Shown: positions 19,297 through 28,736 of the stretch, piece after piece
Numbering within the stretch: position 1 is the first letter of the stretch
Layout: the number at the start of each line of letters is the position of its first letter
Source of the DNA: an uncultured Armatimonadia bacterium
GTDB taxonomy: Bacteria > Armatimonadota > Zipacnadia > CAVVLO01
Assembly: GCA_963749155.1 (NCBI GenBank)
Contig: CAVVLO010000003.1
Span: 64,001-128,000, forward strand
Length of the DNA stretch: 64,000 bases
Direction of reading: 5' to 3'
The notes under the pieces: model-generated
Told to the model about the DNA's origin: nothing
Database searches by the model: none
The model's input: the letters and a program-made list of their open reading frames with translations, nothing else
Made by a program: the position numbers and the translations under genes

Positions 19297-20904
19297 ATGT
19301 GGTCTATGTGGCGCCTGCTACGACGCGGATACTCGCCGGTTCTCGTTGCGTGCATTGGATTTGTAGCGTTGTTGATTGCCTCGCACTTTTGGATGCCCGA
19401 ATGGCCAACCACCGACAACCTCCGCTATCTCTACTCGAGCTATTGCACAGTCTATGGCAGCACTGCTGGCATTGTCATTTGCCGTGTTGTTCGCGTCGCT
19501 GCAAGGTCGCGGGTACCCGCTATCGGTCACCCGCGTTTCTGCGTCCAATCATGCGGACACAACACTACAGTCGGCGATTGGTTGTCTGTCGTTGGCGATA
19601 GTGCTTGCCGTTGCTGCCAATTCCGTTTCTGCAAGAAGCAGACAGCATGATTACTGCAACATGCCACAGAACACTTGCTGCGTCCGCCGCGCTCCCGTCG
19701 CTGTTCCTGTGCGCATGGGCCGTGATCCGTGCGTTGGAGGTGCCGCCCGAGCGGCTTTCCTGATGATACCTGCGAACCTTGTTGCAGAGCATCGAGCCGT
19801 GATTCTGCGATATCTGAAAGCCCTCGCGAAGTTTCCGCCTTCTGCACTTCAAGGTCAGACGTGGCTTACGAAGCCATTTCGAGACTATGGACAGGTGCCG
19901 GCGAGTATGCGCAAGCGATTACTAGCGCAGGCAGCCGTGGCACTGCTCTGACTGAGTGCTACCATGACCTAATGGTCGAAAGCCGAGGTCGGTGGCCAGG
20001 CTACGTTTACGTTGTCTACACTGCATGTGATGCCTTCTTTGAGACATGGGGCTTGGACGCAAGCAGGCTGGGCCCAGGTGAATCTGACCGTGCAGCATTA
20101 GTAACCGAAGCTTGGAGACAGTTTGTGATGTTCGAGATATGCTGGGTTGATGGCAAACCCAGCAATCGCCCGTACACGGCCATGCTTGCGGGTTTGCGAC
20201 TCGCCATACCGATTGTGCGCGCCGACCCGGTGCTGGCGCTGAAGAGCTTCCGGGACATCGTGATAACTGCAGAAACGCTGTCTACCAATGAGGAAGCCGT
20301 AGCATATACCCACGCGGGATTGCTGTCGCTGGCGTCGTGCGTTCCAGGCGAAGCATATGACTGGCGTCCCGAGAGTTTCCGTGACATAGCCACGGTACTA
20401 TACAGCGCTTGGCCACTCGACGTTGCCCCCTGGCTTGCCGGTCTCAGTACGATGCTGAAGCCGGCACCGGCGCATAGCGAGGATTTCCGCAAGGCCGAGC
20501 TTTACGCGAAGCTTCAGGCGTTGCCGTCACTTGTGTGCCGGGAAGCCGGCGTGGACCACATAGAGCTGATGTGCTGGCTCTACATCGTGCTATGGGGGGA
20601 TCACCTGCTTGTCGCACCAAACGACGTGCCTTTCATGCTGGCTTCGGACCGGTGAGAGGATGCCCGTGTGGAGGCGAAGGCGCTCGCTGCCTCTACAGAG
20701 GTCTTCAGCCGCATAGCAGATGCAGCAGAGGCCCTGATCCGCGACCGCTCTGAAATGGCGTTGGCATACACGCAAGGTCTCTTACGTTCTTCGTGAGCCT
20801 GTTGAGCATCAGGGCTCGGACTTCCTCCCGACGACCTAGGGCGCGCCGTCGCGACTGTGAATGTTTCGTTTGAGGAGTGGGCAAGAAATATGAACGTCCA
20901 CTGA
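19297..20904 (+). pseudogene. Multiply frameshifted membrane-protein gene (N-terminus DUF2254-like), atypical codon usage
   Basis: Stitching frames gives ...DNLRYLYSS/IAQSMAALLALSFAVLFASLQ..., then 19729..20655, then EVFSRIADAAEALIRD... and LGRAVATVNVSFEEWARNMNVH* (TGA 20902-20904). Several frame changes are needed. Confidence 0.4.
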
Positions 20905-20914
20905 AAGGTGACGC

Positions 20915-20949
20915 CTCCCCCCACCAACCTTCCGGACGAGTGGGGGGAG
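20915..20949. terminator. Hairpin between convergent genes
   Basis: CTCCCCCCAC-N15-GTGGGGGGAG, a perfect 10-bp stem. Confidence 0.55.
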
Positions 20950-20982
20950 TTAGTAGTCCTCATATTCCGTTAGAGAGCGCTA

Positions 20983-22219
20983 CTACGCGCCCAGGCCGCC
21001 GCCGGAGCGGATGCCCCGCTCGGATTCGATCTTCGCCAGATAGCCGCTTTCCCGATAGGCCTTGAGGTAGTTGGGCGCGACGCCCAGCTCCTCGCGCGCC
21101 TGATACAGCAGCGGCGTCACGTCAACGTTGAAAGCCTCCACCAGGCAGCGCTCCGCCGCGATGATGTCGCCCGAATCCTGCGCCGCCTTCAGGCCCTTGC
21201 GGTCGATGATACTGGCCTTCGCATACGCCGTCTGGATGGCGTCCACGGTCTGGATCATCTCTTCGACCTTCGGCTTGAGCGCGTGGCACTGGTCCACCAT
21301 ATAGGCGATGACGTTGCTGCGAGCGGGGTTGAGCTCGTCGTCAATCAGTTCCTTGTAGATGAGGAAGAACTCGTAGGGGTTCACGCTGGCCGCGGTCAGG
21401 TCGTCGTCCGCGTAGCGCCTGTTGTTGAAGTGGAAGCCCCCGAGCATCCCCTCGTCCAGCAGGTTCGCGACTATCTGCTCGATATTGGTGCTGAGCGGAT
21501 GATGGCCGAGGTCAACCAGCACCTTGGCGCGGTCGCCGATACGCTGGCACATCAGCATCGAGGTGCCCCAGTCCGGGACGTCGGTCGCGTAGAAAGCAGG
21601 CTCGAAGAATTTGTACTCGAGCAGCATAACCATATCGGCCGGCATCGCATCATAGCTCGCTTGCAGGCCGTCGAGCATCCGATGCTTGCGCACGATGAAG
21701 TCATCCTGCCCGGGGAAGGTCGTGCCGTCCGCAAACCACATCGAGAGATACTTGCTGTCCAGCACTTTGCCTATCTCGATGCTCTCCAGCGTGTGGTCGA
21801 GGGCCATCTTGCGGGCTTTTTCGCAGGGGCTGGTGAAGCTGCCGAGCTTGTATTCCGGCGCCTGGAAGAGGTTGGGGTTGATGGCGCCGATGGCTGACGC
21901 CCGCCTCAGTGGCCATATCGGCGGTATCCTGGGCGCTCTCGAGACCTTTCTCGAAGTCCCACAGGACGTGGACGGCGACGGTCGGGCAGACGCCAGTTAT
22001 CTTGTTCACGAAGCCAGCGTCGTTCAGCTTCTCCTTCAGCGTGGCGGCGGCGCCGGCCTGGCGGAAAGTGCCAAACCGCGTGCCCGCGTCGGAATAGGCC
22101 CAGCTTGGAGTCTCGATCTCGTGCTGCTTTACGCCCTCTTTGGCCTGCTCGATGTCCACACCGCGCTCGGCGAGCTGGTCACTGAGCAGCTTGTAAGCGT
22201 CCTTCCAACAATAACCCAT
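20983..22219 (-). CDS. rhaI: L-rhamnose isomerase, RhaI/xylose-isomerase-like TIM barrel (one apparent frameshift ~21893)
   Basis: IETPSWAYSDAGTRF, VAVHVLWD; after removing one C: IGAINPNLFQAPEYKLGSF; then W.ADGT, LEYKFFEPAFY.TDVPDWG, VDLGHH, FHFN..YADDDL, DQCH. Confidence 0.85.
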
Positions 22220-22281
22220 CCTAAAGCCCTCCCTCGGCTTGAAATTTACTCAGGGCATTATGCACTGCCAGGCCCAAAGGC

Positions 22282-23839
22282 TCAAGTGGCAGGCTCGCTT
22301 TCCTGCCAGATGTCCTCCAGGCGCCATTCCTTGATACTTGTCAGCTCCAGAGCAGCGCCCTCGGCAATCAGCCGGACGCCCAAATCGCCAGGCTGGGGAG
22401 CGGCTCGCTCGGAAATCACTCCCCGCCCTGCCGCGTAGACCTCAAGCAAGTGCCGGTCGAGGAAAACGCGCAAAACAATCGGCGTATCCGGAATCAGCTC
22501 GACCTGGCCGGCCCTCCCCCCGCACTGCAGCGCGCCGGTGGCGCAGTCGAAAATAATCGGTGTCAGCCTCGGCGCGTCGGGAGCGCGAAGCATCTCGAGC
22601 CGGACGCGGCCGGTGCTGCCTGCAGGGAGCGTGAGTTCGACTTCGAGCAGGTTGCCGGGCGCCAAATCGAGGCTCTCCCCCGCCTCGAGAGCGACGTTTT
22701 GGCCCTCGAAGAGCGTCTCCTGGCGCAGTTTGGTGATCTCTTCCGCAGGCCACTGACGCAGTCTGAGGTCGGAATCAAGCGTAAGCTCGCGCGGGAGGGT
22801 GTGGAGGCCCTGCCAGGGCGAGCCGTCGCTGCTTCCAAAGATTAGCCAGCCCCACATCAGGCGCCGGCCTCGGTCATCGCGCAGGCTATTGGGCGCGTAG
22901 AAGAACTCGTCGGCGCTGAGTTCCATAGGATGCCATTCGCCGTGGTCGAAAGTCGTCCCGTCCCATTTGCCGACCGTGTAGCGGGTGTAACCGCGCAGGC
23001 CAGGCTGGCTGCTGAAGAGCGGCGAGATGACCAGCACCCAGTATTCTTCGCCCTCCGGCGTGGTCAGCGGGTAGAAATTGGGACATTCCCAGGCGATACA
23101 GTCGGCAGAAAGCTCGGGCGGGAAGAAACCGGTGAAGGTCCAGTCCACGAGGTTGGGCGACTCGAAACGCAAGGCCGTGCCGCCCTCTCCCTCGATGGCC
23201 GAACCGACTACCATCTTCCACAGGTCGCCCTCTTTCCACACGAAGGGGTCGCGGAAATCGGCGCGGAGATTCGCCACAGGGGGGCGATTTGGGATGACAG
23301 GGTTGCCCTCGAACTTGAACCAGGTCAGCCCGCCATCGAAGCTGCGCGCAAGGGCCTGGGTCTGAGGCTCGGCGGCCGTGTAGATGATAGTAGGCGCCTC
23401 GCCATCGAAGACAGTGTAGCCAGAGGCGATAACGGGATCATCATAGGTGCCTGGCGTCGGCGCAAGCGCAAGGGGCAACCGCTTCCAATGGATAAGATCC
23501 TCGCTGACCGCGTGCCCCCAGCAGGCGATGAAGGGCAGGTCAGGCCCGCCGTGGTGCTGGTAGAACAGATGGTAGGCCCCGCCAAACTGGATAGGCCCGT
23601 TGGGGTCGCCGATTGAGCGAGCCGCTCCGGTGAAGTGGTACCCAGGCCGCGCAGGATCACCTGCGACAAGAGGCGCGGCTTCGGAAATCCAGGCTTCGGC
23701 TGAAGCGAGCAAATCAAGATAGCTCTCTGGGCGCAATCCAGGCGCCGGTCGAGTCGGTAACGCGCACGAGGGCGTTCCCCCAGGCGGGAGGGAGCAACGC
23801 AAGTGAGAGCAGGCCGGCAAGCCAGGCGAGACGGGGCAT
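22282..23839 (-). CDS. Secreted glycoside hydrolase family 32 (beta-fructofuranosidase-like; one apparent frameshift ~23730)
   Basis: GDPNG, YHLFYQH, WGHAVSEDL, FRDP, WECP, FYAP motifs. The signal peptide MPRLAWLAGLLSLALLPPAWG starts at ATG 23839 (RBS GGAAGGAG) in the adjacent frame. Confidence 0.88.
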
Positions 23840-23908
23840 CACGGCGCTCCTTCCCAAAGATATTTCGAGCAAGCGGGAGTTCGGGGTATCGGGAGCGAAT
23901 CCTACCCT

Positions 23909-25702
23909 ATGGCAACAGAGGAAGTTTGCGCTAATAATCCAGAGGGACGCAACTTGGCAGGCAGCCTTGGCGCCTTGCTGCTTTATCCCGCCCTGTTTTG
24001 GGGGCAGTTTTATGGCTGGAAACTGCTGCAAGGGCGCCAGCTAAAGTCGGTTGCGCGCGAACTGCTCGGAGAAGCGCCGCTGGAGAGCGCCCTTCTGGGC
24101 GTGCTGGGCTTCGCAGCTTGCCTGATAGGGATTTTGGCAGGACTCAGGTGGCTTCGCCCCAGGCAGGTGGCGTTGCTTCGCAAGGCTGCCCTCTATCGCA
24201 AGCCGTTGATGACAGGCCTGGTTATAACCGTCGTTGGCTTTTATCTGCTGCGCTATATTAGTCTTGCGCCCTTCCTGCCCTATCACCCAAGCGGACTGGT
24301 AAATCCCGACACCTTCGGGCTGGAGTTCCAGGCAAAAGTTTTCGCTGACGGCAACCTTTGGGCAGAGGCGCCGGGGCCTTGTTTTGATACAGAAAGCATC
24401 GTCCAGCACGAGGGGCGGTGGTTTGGGAAATACCCTCCGGCCACGCCTCTCTACTTTGCGATTGGAGAGGCGCTGTTTAGTGACCCCAGACCACTTGCGA
24501 TGCTGCTTCCCTTGCTTGCGGCTTTGTTTGTGGGCCTTCTGGCAACCGAGATTTTTGGCACTTCGGCCGGCTACCTGGCGGCGGCGCTTTGGCTTGTTTC
24601 GGTCGAGGGACTGATCCATGGCCCCACAATACGAAGCAACCCGCTTGCCGCGGTGCTGGTCGCCCTGGCGGCCTGGGCTGCTGTGCGCCTTGTGAAGAGC
24701 GGCCGCTCTGGCTGGGCAGGTCTCCTCCTGTTTTGCGTATTCTTACAGGTAAACAACCGGATCTTCGATGCTTTGATTATGAGCGCTGGGCTAGGCGCGT
24801 ATGCCCTGTTTTTTTTCAAATCCAACAGGAAAGCCTCTCTGACAATTGGGTTGGCCACCGTCATCGGGTTATTCCTGGGTTTTGCTGGGATGCTAGGCGT
24901 GAATCAGCTCTATACGGGAGATCCCGTTAGGGCGCCGTTTGTTGTCTATTCGCCCTTCGATATACCCGGTTTCGGGCTAAGGCAGCATTCGCCCGACTTG
25001 ACGATGGCGGAGTTCACCCTGGCTGATGTACCGGCCAGTGCCCTTGCGCCTTTCAAGGCTTTGCACCGAACCTACACGCCCCTTGGCCTCTTGCTGCTGG
25101 TGGTTGCTCTGCCTGCGCTTTGGGGTAAGGCCAGGCGCGAGACAGCCCTTATACTCGTGACACTTGGCTCGCTAGTCAGTTACGGGTTGTTCTGGTACCC
25201 CAGCGTGCGCTATGGGATAGTGGTAATGCCGCTTGTGTCAGTATTGCTTGCGGGCGGTTGCCTTTACTTCGGAGCCAGGCGCTGGCAAAAAGCGCTTGTA
25301 GCGGGCTTCCTGTTCCTTCAGTTTGTAATATATCCCGCATATAACACGGCTTTTTGCAACCTGGCACCGGTGGCGACTGCCTCTGAACTAGCGCTCATCG
25401 CGGAGGCCAAATCGCAGCCGACGCTGGTCTTCCTTTCGCCTGCCACTATCCAATTTGGCGAGTTCGAAGGCACTAAACCGCGAACTGTAGCCAGGCGTAT
25501 CGGCCGACCCAATCAGGGCCTGGGCGCGCTCATCCCCGACCCGGCGTTGGAGGGCCCTCTTGTAGTGGCAGTTGACAGGGGAGAGGACGAAAACGCGAAA
25601 GTAATAGCTCGACTGCCCGGCAGGCGAGTCCTGCGCGCTACCTATGATGCGAAGGGAGAGGTCGTTATCGAGCCTTATACGCGCCAAAAGGGGCCAAAGT
25701 GA
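23909..25702 (+). CDS. GT-C fold (ArnT/PMT-like) membrane glycosyltransferase
   Basis: Many TM helices; D..xxFQAKVF..G.L and WFGKYPP periplasmic-loop motifs; NQLYTGDP. Confidence 0.7.
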   Translation: MATEEVCANNPEGRNLAGSLGALLLYPALFWGQFYGWKLLQGRQLKSVARELLGEAPLESALLGVLGFAACLIGILAGLRWLRPRQVALLRKAALYRKPLMTGLVITVVGFYLLRYISLAPFLPYHPSGLVNPDTFGLEFQAKVFADGNLWAEAPGPCFDTESIVQHEGRWFGKYPPATPLYFAIGEALFSDPRPLAMLLPLLAALFVGLLATEIFGTSAGYLAAALWLVSVEGLIHGPTIRSNPLAAVLVALAAWAAVRLVKSGRSGWAGLLLFCVFLQVNNRIFDALIMSAGLGAYALFFFKSNRKASLTIGLATVIGLFLGFAGMLGVNQLYTGDPVRAPFVVYSPFDIPGFGLRQHSPDLTMAEFTLADVPASALAPFKALHRTYTPLGLLLLVVALPALWGKARRETALILVTLGSLVSYGLFWYPSVRYGIVVMPLVSVLLAGGCLYFGARRWQKALVAGFLFLQFVIYPAYNTAFCNLAPVATASELALIAEAKSQPTLVFLSPATIQFGEFEGTKPRTVARRIGRPNQGLGALIPDPALEGPLVVAVDRGEDENAKVIARLPGRRVLRATYDAKGEVVIEPYTRQKGPK

Positions 25703-27432
25703 GCCACGAACAACCTCAGGTAGATCCTCCAAACCTGCTGGTATGGTGTCTGGCAATCCTTTTATTCCCTGCAATCTTCTGGGGGCAGTTCTGGCTGTGG
25801 AAGGCGCTCCCCGCCGAGGTCCCGGTTGAGCCTTTGGCGGTCGGTCTAGGTTTGACTAGTGCTGGATTGCTTGCGCTGGCTTTGCGAAATCACCAGGCTG
25901 CCACGCTGGAAACGCTGAACCGTTATCGAGCTCCTCTGCTGCTTGGCGTGCTGCTCGCGGTAACCGGATTCCACATTGCCCGGTATGCCTCGGTAGCGCC
26001 TTTTTTGCCTTATGACTATGACTCAAGAGTAAATATGGACACTTTTGCGCTGGACTTCCAGGCGAAGGTGTTCAGCGAAGGCAAGCTTTGGGCAGAGGCG
26101 CCAGGCGCCAGTTTCGATACGCTGGGGGTTGTTCAGTTTGAAGGCCGCTGGTTTGGCAGGTATCCCCCTCTCACTCCACTTTACTTCGCGCTTGGCGAGA
26201 GATTGCTTAAAGATCCTCGCCCTTTGGCAATCTTGCTGCCGCTGCTTGCGGCCTTATTGGCTGGCTTGCTGGCATCAGAGTTCTTCGGCGCGTCAGCAGG
26301 TTATCTGGCAGCGGCGCTCTGGCTGGTTTCCAAAGAGGCGCTGGTGCTCTTCCCCACTGTGCGCAGCAATCCGGTCGCTGCGGTCTTACTGCTTGTCGGG
26401 GCCTGGGCAGCGGTAAAACTTGCCAAAAGTGGCCGGCCTGGCTGGGCGCTGCTGGTGGCCCTTGCGCTAGTGCTGCAACTTAACAACCGAGCCTTCGATG
26501 GCCTGATTATGGCACTTGGCCTGGGCGTATATGCCCTCCTTCTTTTGAAACCGTCGAGGCGAGTGGGCCTGAGGCTTGGACTGGCAACGCTGGCTGGAAT
26601 CGGCTTCGGATTTGCCGTGATGCTGGGTGTGAACCACCTGTACACTGGCGATGTGTTAACAGCACCTTTCCAACTGTTTTCTCCCAAAGACCTGCCTGGC
26701 TTCGGCCCCAGGCAACATTCTCCTGAGACTACTCTGGTGAACTACACCCCTGCTGATATGTTGCCAAACGTGCTTGCGCCTTTCAATGCTTTATGGCGCA
26801 CTTACACCCCGCTTGGTATCCTGCTGCTCGCGCTTGCCTGGCCCCGGCTTTGGCGTAAACACAAGGCCGAAACGGGGCTGCTGCTGGCTTTCGTGCTGGG
26901 ACTGGCAGTCTACGGCCTGCACTGGTTCCCTAGCCCTCGTTATGGGATGGTCGTAGCGCCCTTTGTTGGAGTATTTGTTGCGGGCGCCTGCCTTGGTAGC
27001 TCCGCCAAAAGCTGGTGGCGATTGCTGCTTGGCCTCTTTCTGGTCGCGCATTTCTGGATTACCCCTTCGCTGACCGCGGTCCGATGTAATCTGAGTCCTG
27101 TGGCGCAGCCAGCCGAACTGGCGCTGCTGGAAGAGGCTCGTTCAGCGCCAGCTTTGGTCTTTCTTTCCCCAGCCACTACACTTTTTGAAGATATGGCTGG
27201 ACATAAAAAGATATCTGTAGCCAGAGTGATAGGCAGACCCAACACGGGCCTTGGTGCGCTCCTCCCTTCTCCAACTCTTAATTCGCCTCTGGTCGTCGCC
27301 CTGGACAGGGGGGCGGTCGCAAACGCCGAAGTCATCCGCCGACTGCCAGGCAGGCGAGTACTGCTGGCTGTCTATGGTGAGGAAGGCTCTGTGACTATCA
27401 CACCTTACAGTCCGGAGGGCGAAACACAGTGA
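25699..27432 (+). CDS. GT-C fold membrane glycosyltransferase, tandem paralogue
   Basis: Colinear similarity to 23909..25702 (FQAKVFSEGKLWAEAPG, WFGRYPP, RSNP, NNR.FD); GTGA start/stop overlap. Confidence 0.7.
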   Translation: MSHEQPQVDPPNLLVWCLAILLFPAIFWGQFWLWKALPAEVPVEPLAVGLGLTSAGLLALALRNHQAATLETLNRYRAPLLLGVLLAVTGFHIARYASVAPFLPYDYDSRVNMDTFALDFQAKVFSEGKLWAEAPGASFDTLGVVQFEGRWFGRYPPLTPLYFALGERLLKDPRPLAILLPLLAALLAGLLASEFFGASAGYLAAALWLVSKEALVLFPTVRSNPVAAVLLLVGAWAAVKLAKSGRPGWALLVALALVLQLNNRAFDGLIMALGLGVYALLLLKPSRRVGLRLGLATLAGIGFGFAVMLGVNHLYTGDVLTAPFQLFSPKDLPGFGPRQHSPETTLVNYTPADMLPNVLAPFNALWRTYTPLGILLLALAWPRLWRKHKAETGLLLAFVLGLAVYGLHWFPSPRYGMVVAPFVGVFVAGACLGSSAKSWWRLLLGLFLVAHFWITPSLTAVRCNLSPVAQPAELALLEEARSAPALVFLSPATTLFEDMAGHKKISVARVIGRPNTGLGALLPSPTLNSPLVVALDRGAVANAEVIRRLPGRRVLLAVYGEEGSVTITPYSPEGETQ

Positions 27433-28724
27433 GGGTTTGCATCCTGGGGGGCGGCTTGAGTGGGCTGGCAGCGGCCTGGTTCGCCGAAAAGGCCGGCCAT
27501 TCGGTCGTCGTGCTGGAGCAAGAGGCTCGCTTCGGCGGGCTCGTACAGGGTTTCGAGGTAGGCGGCAACTGGCTGGATCGCTTCTATCGTCACGTCTTCC
27601 CTGGCAGCGACGCCCTGCTCAGCCTGCTCGAAGAATTGAACCTGGCAGGCGATCTGGCCGGCTATGATTCCACCACGGGTGTCTTCGCAAAGGACCGCTG
27701 CTGGCCTTTTAATGGCCCCAAAGACGTGCTCAAGTTCGGCGCGATGTCGCTTATGGGAAGACTCCGTTTTGGCCTGGGAATGACTCTCGGACTGAGGCGC
27801 GACAGCTTTGAAGCACTGGAAGAGGTGGCAGCGCCTGACTGGGTGCGCCGTCGGATGGGCGCTCAGGCTCTGGACAACCTGCTTGGGCCAATGCTGCGCG
27901 CCAAATTTGGCGCCCAGGGCGATGAGGTTACTGCCGCGTGGCTTTTTTCGCGTTTGCGAGACCGAGCCGAAAGCCGCAAACAGGGCAAGCGCGAGCAACT
28001 CGCTTACCTGAAGGGCAGCTTCCAGCGTATGCTGGAGGCCCTTGTGGCCCGTCTCAGCGCGGATAAAGTCGAACTCAGGCCCTCTGTCACCACCAGGCGC
28101 CTTGCCAGGGGGCATAAAGGCTTCCTGCTGGAAACCTCCCTTGGCGACTTCGAAGCCGATGCCCTGATCGCTGCTCTCCCCGGTCAGCAATTTGCGCCTT
28201 TGCTGTCGGAGGAGCTTGCTCGAGAACTGCCTGCCGAGCAGGCTGCCCCCCTTGATTACGCGGCCAACCTCTGCACCGTGCTTTCCCTCGACAGGCCACT
28301 ACTGGACTACTATTGGCTAAATATCGCAGATGACAGGTTGCCCTTCACGGGCGTGATAGAACACACCAACTTCATCAGCCCTGCCGAATACGGGGGCCGT
28401 CATCTGGTGTATCTCTCCCATTATCTGCCTCGTGATGATGTCCTGTTTACTACGCCTGATAAAGCGCTGCTTGCGCACTATTATCCTGCGCTGGAGCGCA
28501 TCCGGCCGGGTTTCAGCCCCGACTGGGTAGATCGCCACTGGACCTTCCGCTGGCAGTGGGCTCAGCCCCTCTTCCCGCTTGGGTATAGCCGCATAAAGCC
28601 GCCCTTTGCGACGGCTGTGCCGGGCCTTTACCAGCTCAATATGAGCCAGCACTATCCCGAGAGTCGCCAGATGAACACTTGCATTGCTCTGGCCGCCCGT
28701 CTCGTGCGAGAGCTTCAGGATTGA
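27429..28724 (+). CDS. FAD-dependent oxidoreductase (HemY/amine oxidase/UGM-like, COG1232 type)
   Basis: ILGGGLSGLAAA Rossmann motif, GGL, LDRFYRH, YYWLNIAD..PFTGVIEHTN, AQP, YPESR. Confidence 0.85.
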   Translation: MRVCILGGGLSGLAAAWFAEKAGHSVVVLEQEARFGGLVQGFEVGGNWLDRFYRHVFPGSDALLSLLEELNLAGDLAGYDSTTGVFAKDRCWPFNGPKDVLKFGAMSLMGRLRFGLGMTLGLRRDSFEALEEVAAPDWVRRRMGAQALDNLLGPMLRAKFGAQGDEVTAAWLFSRLRDRAESRKQGKREQLAYLKGSFQRMLEALVARLSADKVELRPSVTTRRLARGHKGFLLETSLGDFEADALIAALPGQQFAPLLSEELARELPAEQAAPLDYAANLCTVLSLDRPLLDYYWLNIADDRLPFTGVIEHTNFISPAEYGGRHLVYLSHYLPRDDVLFTTPDKALLAHYYPALERIRPGFSPDWVDRHWTFRWQWAQPLFPLGYSRIKPPFATAVPGLYQLNMSQHYPESRQMNTCIALAARLVRELQD

Positions 28725-28736
28725 CCAGGAGTTGCT

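Noticed and set aside
19178..19650. Cys-rich short ORFs as RiPP precursors
   Set aside because: They are alternative-frame readings of the broken membrane-protein gene, and no modification enzymes or exporters are nearby.
27429..28724. hemY/hemE heme-pathway assignment for the flavoprotein and URO-D genes
   Set aside because: The motifs match the glycosylation-locus COG1232 subgroup and non-HemE URO-D proteins (no HemE RQAGR motif), and no other hem genes are present.
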